A DNA stretch of 64,000 bases from a candidate division WOR-3 bacterium (GTDB taxonomy: Bacteria > Hydrothermota > Tepidihabitantia > Tepidihabitantales > Tepidihabitantaceae). The notes beneath the pieces are model-generated. The model did no database searches, was not told the DNA's origin, and was given only the letters and a program-made list of their open reading frames with translations. Location: NCBI GenBank assembly GCA_965649205.1, contig CBFGJV010000002.1:68764-132763 (forward strand), written 5' to 3'. Below are positions 29,243 to 39,328 of this stretch, one piece after another; the first letter of the stretch is position 1; each line of letters starts with the position of its first letter. Position numbers and translations under genes: made by a program.

Positions 29243-29710
29243 ATGCGAGGCTTTGTCAGGTTTTTTTTCTGGTTATGGCTGCAGTGGTTTCGTGTGAATA
29301 CGATGGCGGGCAGCCTTGGCAAAACCGGTCTCCTCGGCCGCCGAGCATCTCTGGGCCAGATAGGGCATTTGTGGGGTTTCCGGCGCGGTTTGATGTTACA
29401 GTATATGACCCGGACGGACATAGCGTCGTAGTGTACGTAGCCTGGGGAGATGGCGATACAAGCGACTATGGCGATTTTGTTCGTTCTGGCTCCACAGTGG
29501 TTTTTGAGCATACCTGGCACCGGAATGGCACTTTTCTTGTCTGCGGTCGCTGCTATGATACGTTATGACCCGATGCAACCGTTGTTCTCTGACTGGTCCC
29601 ATCCACTGACCGTGGTTGTGGAAAATCCAGTTCCCGCGAGCGGGAATATGGTCGAGGAAGCCGTAGCCAGAGTATCGGATTTTGTCCTGGAATCAGCCGG
29701 TTCCGATTGA
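29243..29710 (+). pseudogene. Frameshifted single-PKD lipoprotein gene
   Basis: Signal start (MRGFVRFF), PKD core (VVSC...AWGDGD...HTW...G) and tail (PLFSDWSHPLTVVVE) alternate between frames; shifts at T8 29261-29268 and near 29563. Confidence 0.7.
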
Positions 29711-29744
29711 CACGCAGGGTGGACGTTCTAAGATACAGACACAG

Positions 29745-30620
29745 GTGAGATTCGGATTTCATATTTCCATCGCCGGTGGTTTTTCCCAAGTCCGTTCTCG
29801 CGCAGAGCAACTGGGTTGTGAGACCGTACAGTTGTTTACCCGTAGTCCGCGCAGTTTCCGGGCGCAACCTTTGGATCAGGAGGAGGCAGAGCAATTCAAG
29901 AAGGACATCAGAGAATCAGATATATCGCCGGTGTTCGTGCATTCACCATACTTGGTAAATCTGGCTGCTGCTGACCGGCGCCGCGCAGACATGACAAGGG
30001 AAATTGTCGTTTCTGATGCGGAGCGCTGTGCTCTTCTGGGCGTCGGTTTCCTGATTGTGCACATAGGTCGGGCCACGGGCAGTCGCGGAGCGCTCAGACG
30101 TTCGCGCGGGGAGCCAGACGAACCGGCACTGGCGGTTGTAGCGGAGAATGTGGACCGGGCACTTGCCAGTTTTCCTAAAGGCGTAATATTGCTGTTGGAA
30201 AACACCGCAGGAATGGGCTCGGAAGTGGGTTTCACTTTTGAGCAGATTGCTGCCGTCCTGGAGCGGATAAGCCATCGGGACCGCGTAGGGGTGGTTTTGG
30301 ACACAGCTCATGCCTTTGCCGCCGGATATGAGTTGAGAACTCGGGCAGGACTGGATGAAACGATTAGAAGATTTGACAAACTGGTGGGATTGAGCCGTTT
30401 GTACCTGCTCCATCTGAACGACGCGCGAGCAGGTTTGGGTTCCAGAATTGATAGACACTGGCATATCGGCAAGGGAGAAATAGGATTGGACGGGTTCAGA
30501 CAAATAGTGAATCACCCACTTTTATCACACCTGCCAGGTATTATGGAAACTCCGCGTAAGAGTCCGGATGATGATCTGGCGAATATGAAGACTATTCGTA
30601 GTGTTCAGATAGCCAGATGA
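29745..30620 (+). CDS. nfo: Endonuclease IV
   Basis: GFHISIAGG, QLFT, HSPYLVNL, LLENTAG, DTAH, HLND, DRHWHIG, ETP; start GTG 29745 after TTGACA-N16-TAAGAT. Confidence 0.95.
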   Translation: MRFGFHISIAGGFSQVRSRAEQLGCETVQLFTRSPRSFRAQPLDQEEAEQFKKDIRESDISPVFVHSPYLVNLAAADRRRADMTREIVVSDAERCALLGVGFLIVHIGRATGSRGALRRSRGEPDEPALAVVAENVDRALASFPKGVILLLENTAGMGSEVGFTFEQIAAVLERISHRDRVGVVLDTAHAFAAGYELRTRAGLDETIRRFDKLVGLSRLYLLHLNDARAGLGSRIDRHWHIGKGEIGLDGFRQIVNHPLLSHLPGIMETPRKSPDDDLANMKTIRSVQIAR

Positions 30621-30636
30621 CTTGGGCGGTAGGAAA

Positions 30637-32016
30637 ATGAAGATTCGATTTTGGGGCGGGTGCAGGACTGTCACCGGATCCAAGCATCTTCTTGTCTCAG
30701 GCAAACAGCAGTTACTTCTGGAGTGTGGACTTTATCAGGGACACCGGGACTTGGCGGAGCAGACCAATCGTTACCTTCCCTTTAAAGCCAGAGAAATCAG
30801 CAACTGCATTGTCAGTCACGCGCACATTGACCATGTGGGCAATGTGCCAAATCTGGTAAAGCAGGGTTTTCGGGGAGATATCGTGGTAACAAAGGCAACG
30901 CTGGCATTGTCTCGCCTTCTGTTGCTTGATGCAGCCAGCATTCAGGAATCAGATATTCGGTACTTGAACAAGAAACGCAAAGAAAAAGGAGAACCGGCTA
31001 AGGAACCCATTTACACCACGCAGGATGCACAGGAGGCCTTGCGTTATTTTAGAGGAGTAAATTATGCCAAGAAGGTCAAACTGGGTAATTTCTCAGTAGT
31101 GCTGCATGATGCTGGTCACATACTTGGTTCGGCTCTCGTAGATATTGAAGTGGAGGGGCGTAGACTGCTTTTTACCGGGGACTTGGGTCGGCGTAAGATG
31201 CCCATTATACGGGACCCGGTGCAGGTAGACCAGGCAGACTATCTGATCATGGAGGCAACTTATGGTGACCGATTACACGGTGATTACAACGATGTGGCCG
31301 CACGGTTGGCCGAAATCATAAACCGTGTGATAGCCCGCGGAGGGCGAATTATCATCCCGGCGTTCGCCGTGGAACGGTCCCAGGAGCTAGTCTATACTTT
31401 GAATCGGTTACGACAGAACGGCAGGGTACCAGAAATTCCTGTTTTTGTCGACAGTCCCCTTGCCACAGGTGTAACCGAGGTCTTTCGCAATAACCCCCAG
31501 TACTACGACGAAGAGGCATTACAGATGCTAAACGGCCACGACCAGCCTTTTGATTTTCCGGGACTTACCTACGTGAGTTCGGTAGAAGAATCAAAGGCGT
31601 TGAATAGTATTACCGAGCCATGCATAATAATATCGGCCTCAGGGATGTGTGAAGCCGGCAGGGTGCTACACCATCTGAAACATGCTATAGGTGATGAGCG
31701 GAATTTAGTACTGCTGGTATCATTTCAGGCCGAGGGGACACTTGGGCGCAAGTTAGCCGAGCACGCGCCGCGAGTAAAAATTTATGGTGAAGAATATGAG
31801 CGGAGATGTGAGGTGGAGATGATGGATGAATTCAGTGCCCATGCTGACCGGCAGGGACTTCTGGAGTATGTGAGCCGGATGAATCTCTCGAGGTTGAAAA
31901 AAGTGTTTCTGGTTCATGCCGAACCAGCTGCAGCAGAAGCCATGGTGGAGCCGCTGCAACGTCTGGGCGCCAAAGAGGTTTTTGTTCCTGAGGTAGGAGA
32001 TGAGTATGAACTATAG
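30637..32016 (+). CDS. MBL-fold beta-CASP metallohydrolase (RNA-processing type)
   Basis: VTGSKH, SHAHIDH, AGHILGS, FTGDLG, EATYG, SASGM, FSAHAD, LVH. Confidence 0.92.
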   Translation: MKIRFWGGCRTVTGSKHLLVSGKQQLLLECGLYQGHRDLAEQTNRYLPFKAREISNCIVSHAHIDHVGNVPNLVKQGFRGDIVVTKATLALSRLLLLDAASIQESDIRYLNKKRKEKGEPAKEPIYTTQDAQEALRYFRGVNYAKKVKLGNFSVVLHDAGHILGSALVDIEVEGRRLLFTGDLGRRKMPIIRDPVQVDQADYLIMEATYGDRLHGDYNDVAARLAEIINRVIARGGRIIIPAFAVERSQELVYTLNRLRQNGRVPEIPVFVDSPLATGVTEVFRNNPQYYDEEALQMLNGHDQPFDFPGLTYVSSVEESKALNSITEPCIIISASGMCEAGRVLHHLKHAIGDERNLVLLVSFQAEGTLGRKLAEHAPRVKIYGEEYERRCEVEMMDEFSAHADRQGLLEYVSRMNLSRLKKVFLVHAEPAAAEAMVEPLQRLGAKEVFVPEVGDEYEL

Positions 32017-32068
32017 GACAAAGAGAGTTTTCAAGTTGTGGAGTGCAATCCGCAATCACTTGCGTAGA

Positions 32069-32734
32069 ATGTCCGGGTGGCTAATAGCAGGGTTGGCGTT
32101 GATTTTGACCGGATGTTGGTGGTTTGATGATATTCCACCGGTGTGCACAATAGTGCAACCGACTGATTCTTCGGCGGTAAGCGGCGTGGTGCTGGTGCGT
32201 GCCGAGGCGACAGACAGTAGCGGCATAGCCGAAGTGGAGTTCTATGTGGATAGCGTACTTCTAGCGGTAGATGATTCCTATCCTTACGAGGCCAGCTGGA
32301 ACACAGAGGAGTTAGAAAGTGGCTCATGGCACCGGCTACAATGTAAGGCTAAGGACCTTTTCAGCAACAAGGGATATAGCAATATCGTGCATGTTCAGGT
32401 AGTTGAGGCGTCCGAAAGGAGTATATTCCATGGTCGGTTCAGGTTGCCTACCGGGTACTACTGGCCGGTAGCCTTTGCTGCTGCAGCCGGCGATACCCTA
32501 GCGGGCGAGTTTCGTATTGCCGGAGCAGGGGTATTGTCTCGTTTCATATGGCTTACTGCGGAGCAATACCGTGCCTTTGCGGAGGGTAGGTCATATTCGC
32601 CGCTTTTACAGGAAAACAACAGAACGGAGCTGACGGTAAGATCGCTGGTTGCTAGGAGCGATTCTTTCTATCTGGTGTTCTTGAATACAAGCGGCGCACA
32701 AGTTGACTGTTGGGTTCGTTTTTCTCTGGAGTGA
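32069..32734 (+). CDS. Lipoprotein with Ig-like domain
   Basis: LTGC lipobox; ATDSSGIAEVEFYVD...PYEASWNT...G.H.L.CKAKD. Confidence 0.75.
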   Translation: MSGWLIAGLALILTGCWWFDDIPPVCTIVQPTDSSAVSGVVLVRAEATDSSGIAEVEFYVDSVLLAVDDSYPYEASWNTEELESGSWHRLQCKAKDLFSNKGYSNIVHVQVVEASERSIFHGRFRLPTGYYWPVAFAAAAGDTLAGEFRIAGAGVLSRFIWLTAEQYRAFAEGRSYSPLLQENNRTELTVRSLVARSDSFYLVFLNTSGAQVDCWVRFSLE

Positions 32735-32736
32735 AA

Positions 32737-34209
32737 ATGTTTACTTTGCTTATTTTGATTTCTTTCTGGCATAGACCGGAGGCGATACCGGTTGGACAAG
32801 TTGAAAAACAGCGGTGTGGTTTGCTGGAACAGGTATTTTCGCTGGCAGGAGAGACTTCTCCCGCGAGTTTTGACTGGTATAGTCCTGACCGGATTTCTGG
32901 CCAGTTTGTGGTCGGATTTGAACCAGGGACAGAAGTTGAGGTATCCGTAGTTTTGGAGCAGGCAGGCATCCGGATAGTGCGATGCGACCGACAGGGGGCA
33001 TTTTTTGTCTGCCGTTCAGATATGGACCGGCCAGACCTGTTACTGGCAGAGAAGGAAGGAATACGTTATGTAGAACCAGACTTGGTGGTGCGGGCAACGA
33101 AGATTCCCAACGACCCAATGTTTCTGCAGCATCAGTGGGACAAGTGGGTGATGTATGCTGACAAAGCTTGGGATGTTACCGCTGGCAGCCCGGGCGTGCG
33201 GGTAGCAGTTATTGACAATGGCGTACAGTATTGGCACCCGGACCTGAGTGACAGATTTGTAGCTGGAGAGCTGGGATATGATTTTGTGGGCAGAGATGAG
33301 GACCCCAGGCCGGACAACCCTTCTTTGGCAGAGGCGTTCCATGGTACGCACGTATCCGGCATCATAGCCGGGGTGATGGACAATGCTACCGGTATTGCGG
33401 GTTGGGCCCAGGTACAGCTGATGGCTGTGCGCGTGCTGAATGATTCGGGCAGCGGCAGTCTGTCGGATTTAGCTTCGGGTATCCGGTGGGCGGTAGACCG
33501 TGGCTGCCGGATACTGAATATGAGCCTGGGTGCGAATGCCAACATTACCCCGGTTTCAGAAGCATGTGTGTACGCGGCTCAGAAGAATGCTGTTCTTCTG
33601 GCCGCAGCCGGAAACGACGGCACGTCGGTAATCCAGTACCCGGCCGCACTGCCACAGTGTATTTCTGTAGGGGCTACGGATCAGGCTTCTGAACTGGCCG
33701 ATTTTTCCAACTACGGACCGGAACAGGAACTGGTAGCTCCTGGAGTAAACATTCTGTCTACGGGCTTGAACTCTGCGTATGTACTGGCCAGCGGTACGTC
33801 TATGGCCTGTCCTCAGGTGGCGGGCGTAGCGGCACTGATTTTAGCGGCAAACAATTCTTTAACTGCTGTTAGGGTGCGTTCGATTCTGGCCGCTTCCGCC
33901 CTGGATATGGGGGAGGTAGGCCGGGATGTCATATTTGGCTATGGTTTTGTCAGTGCCTATCGGGCACTTGAACTGGCGGCAAGTATGCGGGCCGCAGAAG
34001 TCGGGCAGGAAGCAGGGGCACTCCGGGCTACAATATGCCGCGGGCCAGTGTTTTTGTCAGGTCAAAGCGGACGGATATCTGATATTCAGGGAAGGCGAGT
34101 AGGGAGGCTGAAAGCAGGAGAGTGGTTGAATGTCAAAGCCGGCACTTACTTCCTTGAGATAGATGACGCAGATGGTAAGGTCAGGCAAAAGTTGGTGGTG
34201 TTACCTTAG
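32737..34209 (+). CDS. S8 subtilisin-like serine peptidase with short T9SS-like tail
   Basis: Catalytic triad VAVIDNG, HGTHVSG, SGTSMACP; oxyanion AAGND. Confidence 0.93.
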   Translation: MFTLLILISFWHRPEAIPVGQVEKQRCGLLEQVFSLAGETSPASFDWYSPDRISGQFVVGFEPGTEVEVSVVLEQAGIRIVRCDRQGAFFVCRSDMDRPDLLLAEKEGIRYVEPDLVVRATKIPNDPMFLQHQWDKWVMYADKAWDVTAGSPGVRVAVIDNGVQYWHPDLSDRFVAGELGYDFVGRDEDPRPDNPSLAEAFHGTHVSGIIAGVMDNATGIAGWAQVQLMAVRVLNDSGSGSLSDLASGIRWAVDRGCRILNMSLGANANITPVSEACVYAAQKNAVLLAAAGNDGTSVIQYPAALPQCISVGATDQASELADFSNYGPEQELVAPGVNILSTGLNSAYVLASGTSMACPQVAGVAALILAANNSLTAVRVRSILAASALDMGEVGRDVIFGYGFVSAYRALELAASMRAAEVGQEAGALRATICRGPVFLSGQSGRISDIQGRRVGRLKAGEWLNVKAGTYFLEIDDADGKVRQKLVVLP

Positions 34210-34553
34210 TCGTTGTTAGGCGAGTAGGTGGCACAACAGCGATCATTCTCCCATACCGTCACACTGACTACCGGGAGGTGTTCGACCAGCTGGTCAAAAA
34301 AGTGGCGGGCGAGGTTTTCGGCCGTAGGGTTGAAATGATAGACTTCGTTTAGCAGTTTATGATCTGGCAAAATGTCCTGAAGATATGAGTCCACTTCTCG
34401 GAAGTCCAGCACCATCCCCGGTTTCTTGAGTTCGTTTGCACTTAGCGCCACTTCCACCCGGTAGTTGTGGCCGTGCATATCTTCGCAGCGGCCACCGATA
34501 CCGTGAATTGCGTGCGCCGCGCTGAAGGTCCGGCTCACTCTGATAGTGTACAA
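34206..34553 (-). CDS. queD: 6-carboxytetrahydropterin synthase
   Basis: FSAAH, C..MHGHNY, GMVLDF, DHKLLN, PTAENLA, VWE. Confidence 0.92.
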   Translation of the reverse strand: MYTIRVSRTFSAAHAIHGIGGRCEDMHGHNYRVEVALSANELKKPGMVLDFREVDSYLQDILPDHKLLNEVYHFNPTAENLARHFFDQLVEHLPVVSVTVWENDRCCATYSPNND

Positions 34554-34696
34554 AATAACCTCCTCGCTTTATTGTAGCCTGTCTGCTTGGGAATGCAAGC
34601 AGGGAAGATTGTTTAGTTGTCAAGTTCACACAGGGTTACCGAAGCCGAGAGGTTTTTCTGGCTTGACGGTTCCAAGACAGGGTCTATTCTATGCCT

Positions 34697-37252
34697 ATGC
34701 TGAGAGTGTCGGGCTTGCTGTCAGGACGGGGCAGCGGACGAATACTGATAATTGCCTTCTTTGTTGCCGGAGTGATAGGACTGGTGTTGGAGGTGGCATG
34801 GTTTCGCAGCCTTAGTTTAGTTCTTGGTTCTCATACACAGGCATTGACAATAGTCTTGGCTGCCTATATGGCCGGTCTGGTCCTAGGCAATATTCTGATT
34901 GGCCGTTGGATAGCAAGTGGGGAGCACAGCGTACATACACTAGTAAGAACGTATGCCATTCTGCTCGGCGTTTTGGGAATTAGTGGGCCGGCGGTGATCT
35001 TTCTTGCTCCCGGCTTGGCCGTCGTAGCTGCGCCACTACTGCGGTTGCTAGGTTGGAACTCACCAGGAGCTATTCTTCTCAGGGGATTGGTGGGGTTATT
35101 GCTGATGTCTGTGCCTACTATCGTTCTGGGCGGACTATGGCCTCTGGTGGCGCAGTTGATTGCACGACGGGTTGACAAAGCCGCCCGTAGCTTGGGGGTT
35201 CTTTATTTCTTAAACACGTTAGGCTCCGTAGCGGGAGCTTTACTTTGTGGCTTTTTTCTTTTGGAACATCTGGGAGTGAAGGGTACTGTGCTTCTAGCCG
35301 GAGCCATAAGTCTCTGTTTGAGTTTAATGGTATGGTTCTGGCCAGTGCGTCTGAGTGCAGCCAGTTCATTTTCTAGATCCCGGCTGGAGGTACGGGGGAC
35401 AGAGCGGCTTAAGTACGCTCGAGGCGCACAGATGGTTCTGTTGGTGGGTTTTGGACTGTCTGGTTTTGCCGCTTTGGGGCTAGAAGTGCTCTGGACTAGA
35501 GCCTTGGTCACCGTTATGGGGCAACCGGTTTACGGCGCTACTCTGGTGTTGACCGCTTTCCTTCTTGGTCTGGCGCTGGGCGGGTTGGCAGCAGGTACTT
35601 TTGCCGACCGGGTTAGAGACCCACTCTTGGGTTTTGGGATAGTGGAGTGCGGTATTGGTATTACGAGTATCTTGGCGCTGGTGATGTTGGCACGAGCTCC
35701 GGCCGTGCTTAGCGGTCTGACTGGTTGGGCCTGGCCGGGTCTGCTTTGGGGACTAGCCGGGTTCTGCTTTGGGGTTATGGTGTTGCCCACGATGTTGATG
35801 GGAGGTACTTTTCCTCTGGCGAGCAAGGTGTATCTGCCGCAAATGACAGTGATGGGACAGCGCGTGGGTGTGTTGTTTGCTGTCAATACGGTGGGTGCGC
35901 TGCTTGGTGCCTTGGCGACTGGTTTTTTGCTTGTACCAGCTCTAGGCACGGTGCGAGCGAATCTGTTGTTGGCTGGCGTAGGATTAGGGGTGGGAGCAGT
36001 AGCGATTGCTGCAGCGGGCGTGCGTAGTTATGCAAAGGTTTTGATTATAGTAGGAGTTACTGTTTTGAGTGCTCTGGCTGGCGCTTTTCTGGTGCCTCAT
36101 CGATTGCGCATACTGCCACTCGATCTGGTTGCGAATGAAGATGAGTATTGGCGGGTGCTTTATTATCGAGAATCTGTCGAGGGAGTCGTGACTACAGCTG
36201 AAGATCCACAGGGAATACGGCAGACCTGGGTAAACTCCAGCGTGGTATGCGGTAATGCTTTGCCGGCACTCAAGCCCGTGCGCCTGATGGGGGTGCTACC
36301 AATGGTGTTACACCCTGCACCCAGGGATGCTCTTGTTATTGGCTATGGTTTAGGCGTTACTTCTTCTCTGTTGGTCGATCTGGGTTGTGATCTAGTTGAC
36401 TGTGTAGAGATTGCCCCGGCGGTGGTAGCGGCTTCCGAGTGGTTTGCAGCTTGGAATAACCGGGTGTTTGACAATCCTGTGCTGCGGGTGATGGCGGGAG
36501 ACGGTCGTAACTATCTGCTGTGTACTACGCGTCAGTATGATATCATTTCTTGCGACCCTACTCACCCGGCTCTGGGTTCTGTCGGACTCTATACTCGGGA
36601 GTTCTATCAGCTGTGTCTGGCTCGGCTTCGGTCCGGAGGAGTGATAACCCAATATGTCCCTTTTCATAAGTTGGAGGAAAGGGACTTTTTGGCTTTAGTC
36701 AATACTTTTCGCGCAGCTTTTCCTAACTGTGCGTTATGGAGGGGTATCGCACACGGGGTACTTGTAGGCAGAAAAGACTCGGCGTTGGCGTTGGATTGGC
36801 AGCGGATTCAGAAAACGGTAGTCGGTGCACCTAGGGTAGTGAGAGAAGCTTTGACGGAGGTATTCCTAGAACGGCCGGAGGCACTTGTAGGAGGCATGGT
36901 GCTGGATTCAGCTGGAATTGCCAGACTTACCCGGGGAGTAGCAGTTCTTACGGATGATCAGCCCCGGGTAGAGTTTGTTGGCGCGCGAGCGTCAGATACC
37001 CGTACTTGGGTGGGTAATGCGCGTCTAGTGCTGGAGTGCTATACCGGGCCAGGTAATGTGGTCCTGCCGGCAAACGATACAGCGGTGGCCCAAGCCGTAA
37101 GTAAAGCCGGTGTGGCAGAGCGAGCTCGTTTTCTGGCCACTCTGGCTGCTGTGGAGGGACAATTACGACAGCAGAGGGAGTATTTTCTTCAAGCGTTGCG
37201 TGCTGACCCTGAGGATCGGGAAGCTCAGCTTTTCCTGCGTATGTCAAGATAG
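34697..37252 (+). CDS. Fused MFS-like membrane domain / spermidine synthase
   Basis: Duplicated TM blocks (LEVAW.R, LEVLWTR); LVIGYGLG, VEIAP, DGRNYL, YDIISCD; TTGACG-N16-TATTCT-N6-ATG. Confidence 0.88.
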   Translation: MLRVSGLLSGRGSGRILIIAFFVAGVIGLVLEVAWFRSLSLVLGSHTQALTIVLAAYMAGLVLGNILIGRWIASGEHSVHTLVRTYAILLGVLGISGPAVIFLAPGLAVVAAPLLRLLGWNSPGAILLRGLVGLLLMSVPTIVLGGLWPLVAQLIARRVDKAARSLGVLYFLNTLGSVAGALLCGFFLLEHLGVKGTVLLAGAISLCLSLMVWFWPVRLSAASSFSRSRLEVRGTERLKYARGAQMVLLVGFGLSGFAALGLEVLWTRALVTVMGQPVYGATLVLTAFLLGLALGGLAAGTFADRVRDPLLGFGIVECGIGITSILALVMLARAPAVLSGLTGWAWPGLLWGLAGFCFGVMVLPTMLMGGTFPLASKVYLPQMTVMGQRVGVLFAVNTVGALLGALATGFLLVPALGTVRANLLLAGVGLGVGAVAIAAAGVRSYAKVLIIVGVTVLSALAGAFLVPHRLRILPLDLVANEDEYWRVLYYRESVEGVVTTAEDPQGIRQTWVNSSVVCGNALPALKPVRLMGVLPMVLHPAPRDALVIGYGLGVTSSLLVDLGCDLVDCVEIAPAVVAASEWFAAWNNRVFDNPVLRVMAGDGRNYLLCTTRQYDIISCDPTHPALGSVGLYTREFYQLCLARLRSGGVITQYVPFHKLEERDFLALVNTFRAAFPNCALWRGIAHGVLVGRKDSALALDWQRIQKTVVGAPRVVREALTEVFLERPEALVGGMVLDSAGIARLTRGVAVLTDDQPRVEFVGARASDTRTWVGNARLVLECYTGPGNVVLPANDTAVAQAVSKAGVAERARFLATLAAVEGQLRQQREYFLQALRADPEDREAQLFLRMSR

Positions 37253-37299
37253 TTATCCTGCCTGGAGGGGTGCGTTCGAAGGTTTGCCGCTAAACGGGG

Positions 37300-38541
37300 C
37301 TATTCATAGCGGAGCGCTTGAATGGGGTTGAGTCGAGCGGCGCGGGAGGCGGGAAAAATACCGAAGAAGATGCCTACCGCGGCGGAGAAGCCAAATCCCA
37401 GCAGTATAGTCCACAAAGGTGCAGCTGCCTTGAGATGTCCTACTGTGGCGGCCAGTTGGGCTATGCCCAACCCCAGCACGATACCAAAGGTACCGCCGAC
37501 AAGGGCCATAAGTGTAGACTCAAGCAGGAATTGCCAGAGGATGACGTTGTTGGTGGCACCTAAGGCTTTGCGTAGTCCGATTTCCCGCGTGCGTTCGGCT
37601 ACGGCCACCAGCATGATGTTCATGATACCGATTCCGCCAACCAGAAGCGAGATACCGGCTACTAGAATCATGACAATGAAGGCAACGCGCGTGATGTTTC
37701 TGTATATTTCGCGCAGAGTTTCCTGCGTGTTTATGGCAAAATTGTCGGGTTTGTCATAACCCAGCCCGCGTCGTCTGCGCAGCAATTCCCGTATTTCGTC
37801 TATGGCCTGTTCCACTGGCACACCGGTCTTGGGCACTACTCCTATGGTGATACCGCCGAACAGGCGAGCCTGGCGCGAACGTGGTTCGGGAAAGGATTTT
37901 TCGTAGGTGGACAAGGGTACGATGATGATGTTGTCCTGACTCTGGCCCAGAAAGCTGCCTTTACGTTCCAAGATACCGATGATCGTAAAACGTTTGCCTT
38001 CTATGGTCAGACTTTTTCCTATAGGGTCTTCGTTGATAAAAAGATTGTCCACAATGTAAGGTCCCAGCACGCAAACAGCTCGTTTGCGTAGGCTGTCCTC
38101 AGAAGAGATGAAACGGCCGGTTTCAATACGGTAGTTAGCGGTAATAGCTATGGCCGGTGTGGAACCGAGCAGACCAATGTTGGTTGCCTTTTCACCCCGG
38201 CGGGTAATGCGGTTTACCTGCCGGGAACGTTGGGGGGCGACGCGAGCTACAGAAGGCAGTCGGCTTATGGCTTCTGCATCTCGTAACGTTAGTTCGGGAC
38301 GACGACTCAGTTCGTCAAAGTCGAGCTGTCCCATACCCCAGGCTATTTTCTGCACGTAGATTGTATTGGAACCGAGTGTACTTATCTGACGTTCTACTTC
38401 ATAGTTCATACCTTGAATCAGGGAGACAATAGCGATGACAGTCATCACGCCGATGATAACGCCGAGTACGGTCAGGAAAGAGCGCATCCGGTGAGTGCGG
38501 AATGTTTCCAACGAGAGCTTCAGTAGATCGTAAATTGGCAT
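37300..38541 (-). CDS. MacB-family ABC permease
   Basis: RSFLTVLGVIIG, ISLLVGGIGIMNIMLV, ERTREIGLRKALGA, PIQALRYE. Confidence 0.94.
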   Translation of the reverse strand: MPIYDLLKLSLETFRTHRMRSFLTVLGVIIGVMTVIAIVSLIQGMNYEVERQISTLGSNTIYVQKIAWGMGQLDFDELSRRPELTLRDAEAISRLPSVARVAPQRSRQVNRITRRGEKATNIGLLGSTPAIAITANYRIETGRFISSEDSLRKRAVCVLGPYIVDNLFINEDPIGKSLTIEGKRFTIIGILERKGSFLGQSQDNIIIVPLSTYEKSFPEPRSRQARLFGGITIGVVPKTGVPVEQAIDEIRELLRRRRGLGYDKPDNFAINTQETLREIYRNITRVAFIVMILVAGISLLVGGIGIMNIMLVAVAERTREIGLRKALGATNNVILWQFLLESTLMALVGGTFGIVLGLGIAQLAATVGHLKAAAPLWTILLGFGFSAAVGIFFGIFPASRAARLNPIQALRYE

Positions 38542-38602
38542 AACTCAGGTTCTTTTATTGACTTTTCGGTCCTTTTTTCCAGTTTGCAATTTGCGATTCC
38601 TT

Positions 38603-39316
38603 TTATGAGATGAAGTTATACCGCGAGTCTGATTCAATGTGACCATCTTTCAAGTTGATAATTCTGCGGGCGTGACCGGCAACCGTTTGATCGTGAGTAA
38701 CAACGATAATAGTATTTCCCATCGCCGCCAGCTGGTCGAACAGCTGCATGACTTCCAGACCAGTGCGAGAATCTAGATTCCCGGTTGGTTCGTCTGCGAG
38801 AAGTAGGGAAGGGCGATTGGCTAGAGCTCTAGCTAAGGCAACCCGCTGCATCTCGCCGCCAGATAGTTCGTTGGAGCGGTGGTGCATACGGTCGGCAAGA
38901 CCGACTAGAGAGAGCAGCTCACGAGCACGAGACAGTCTTTCTTTTGGTTTCATTCCGGCATAGACCAAAGGCAGCTCGACATTCGCTAGAGCGGTCAGTC
39001 GAGGTAGCAGATTAAAGTTTTGGAAGACAAAGCCTATACTGCGGTTGCGCAGATGTGCCAGTTCCAAGTCATTCAGACTGGAAACATCTTTTCCGTCCAG
39101 AAAGTAACGACCGGAAGTGGGCACGTCCAAGCAGCCAAGAAGATGCATCAGGGTTGATTTGCCCGAACCTGATGGTCCCATCAGTGCCACATATTCGCCA
39201 TGTTCTATTTTCAGACTAATGCCGGCTAGGGCCTGTATTTCTACTCTACCTGTACGATAGACCTTAGTGATATTCTCAGCATAGATCAAAGGAGGGAAGG
39301 AAGAGGAAGTTTCCAA
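38603..39316 (-). CDS. ABC transporter ATP-binding protein (LolD/MacB type)
   Basis: [33 protein letters not shown]. Confidence 0.95.
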   Translation of the reverse strand: METSSSFPPLIYAENITKVYRTGRVEIQALAGISLKIEHGEYVALMGPSGSGKSTLMHLLGCLDVPTSGRYFLDGKDVSSLNDLELAHLRNRSIGFVFQNFNLLPRLTALANVELPLVYAGMKPKERLSRARELLSLVGLADRMHHRSNELSGGEMQRVALARALANRPSLLLADEPTGNLDSRTGLEVMQLFDQLAAMGNTIIVVTHDQTVAGHARRIINLKDGHIESDSRYNFIS

Positions 39317-39328
39317 CAGACCGTCACC

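Noticed and set aside
34206..34553. queD as part of a 7-deazaguanine DNA-modification system
   Set aside because: No dpdA, queC, queE or folE nearby; likely ordinary queuosine or pterin metabolism.
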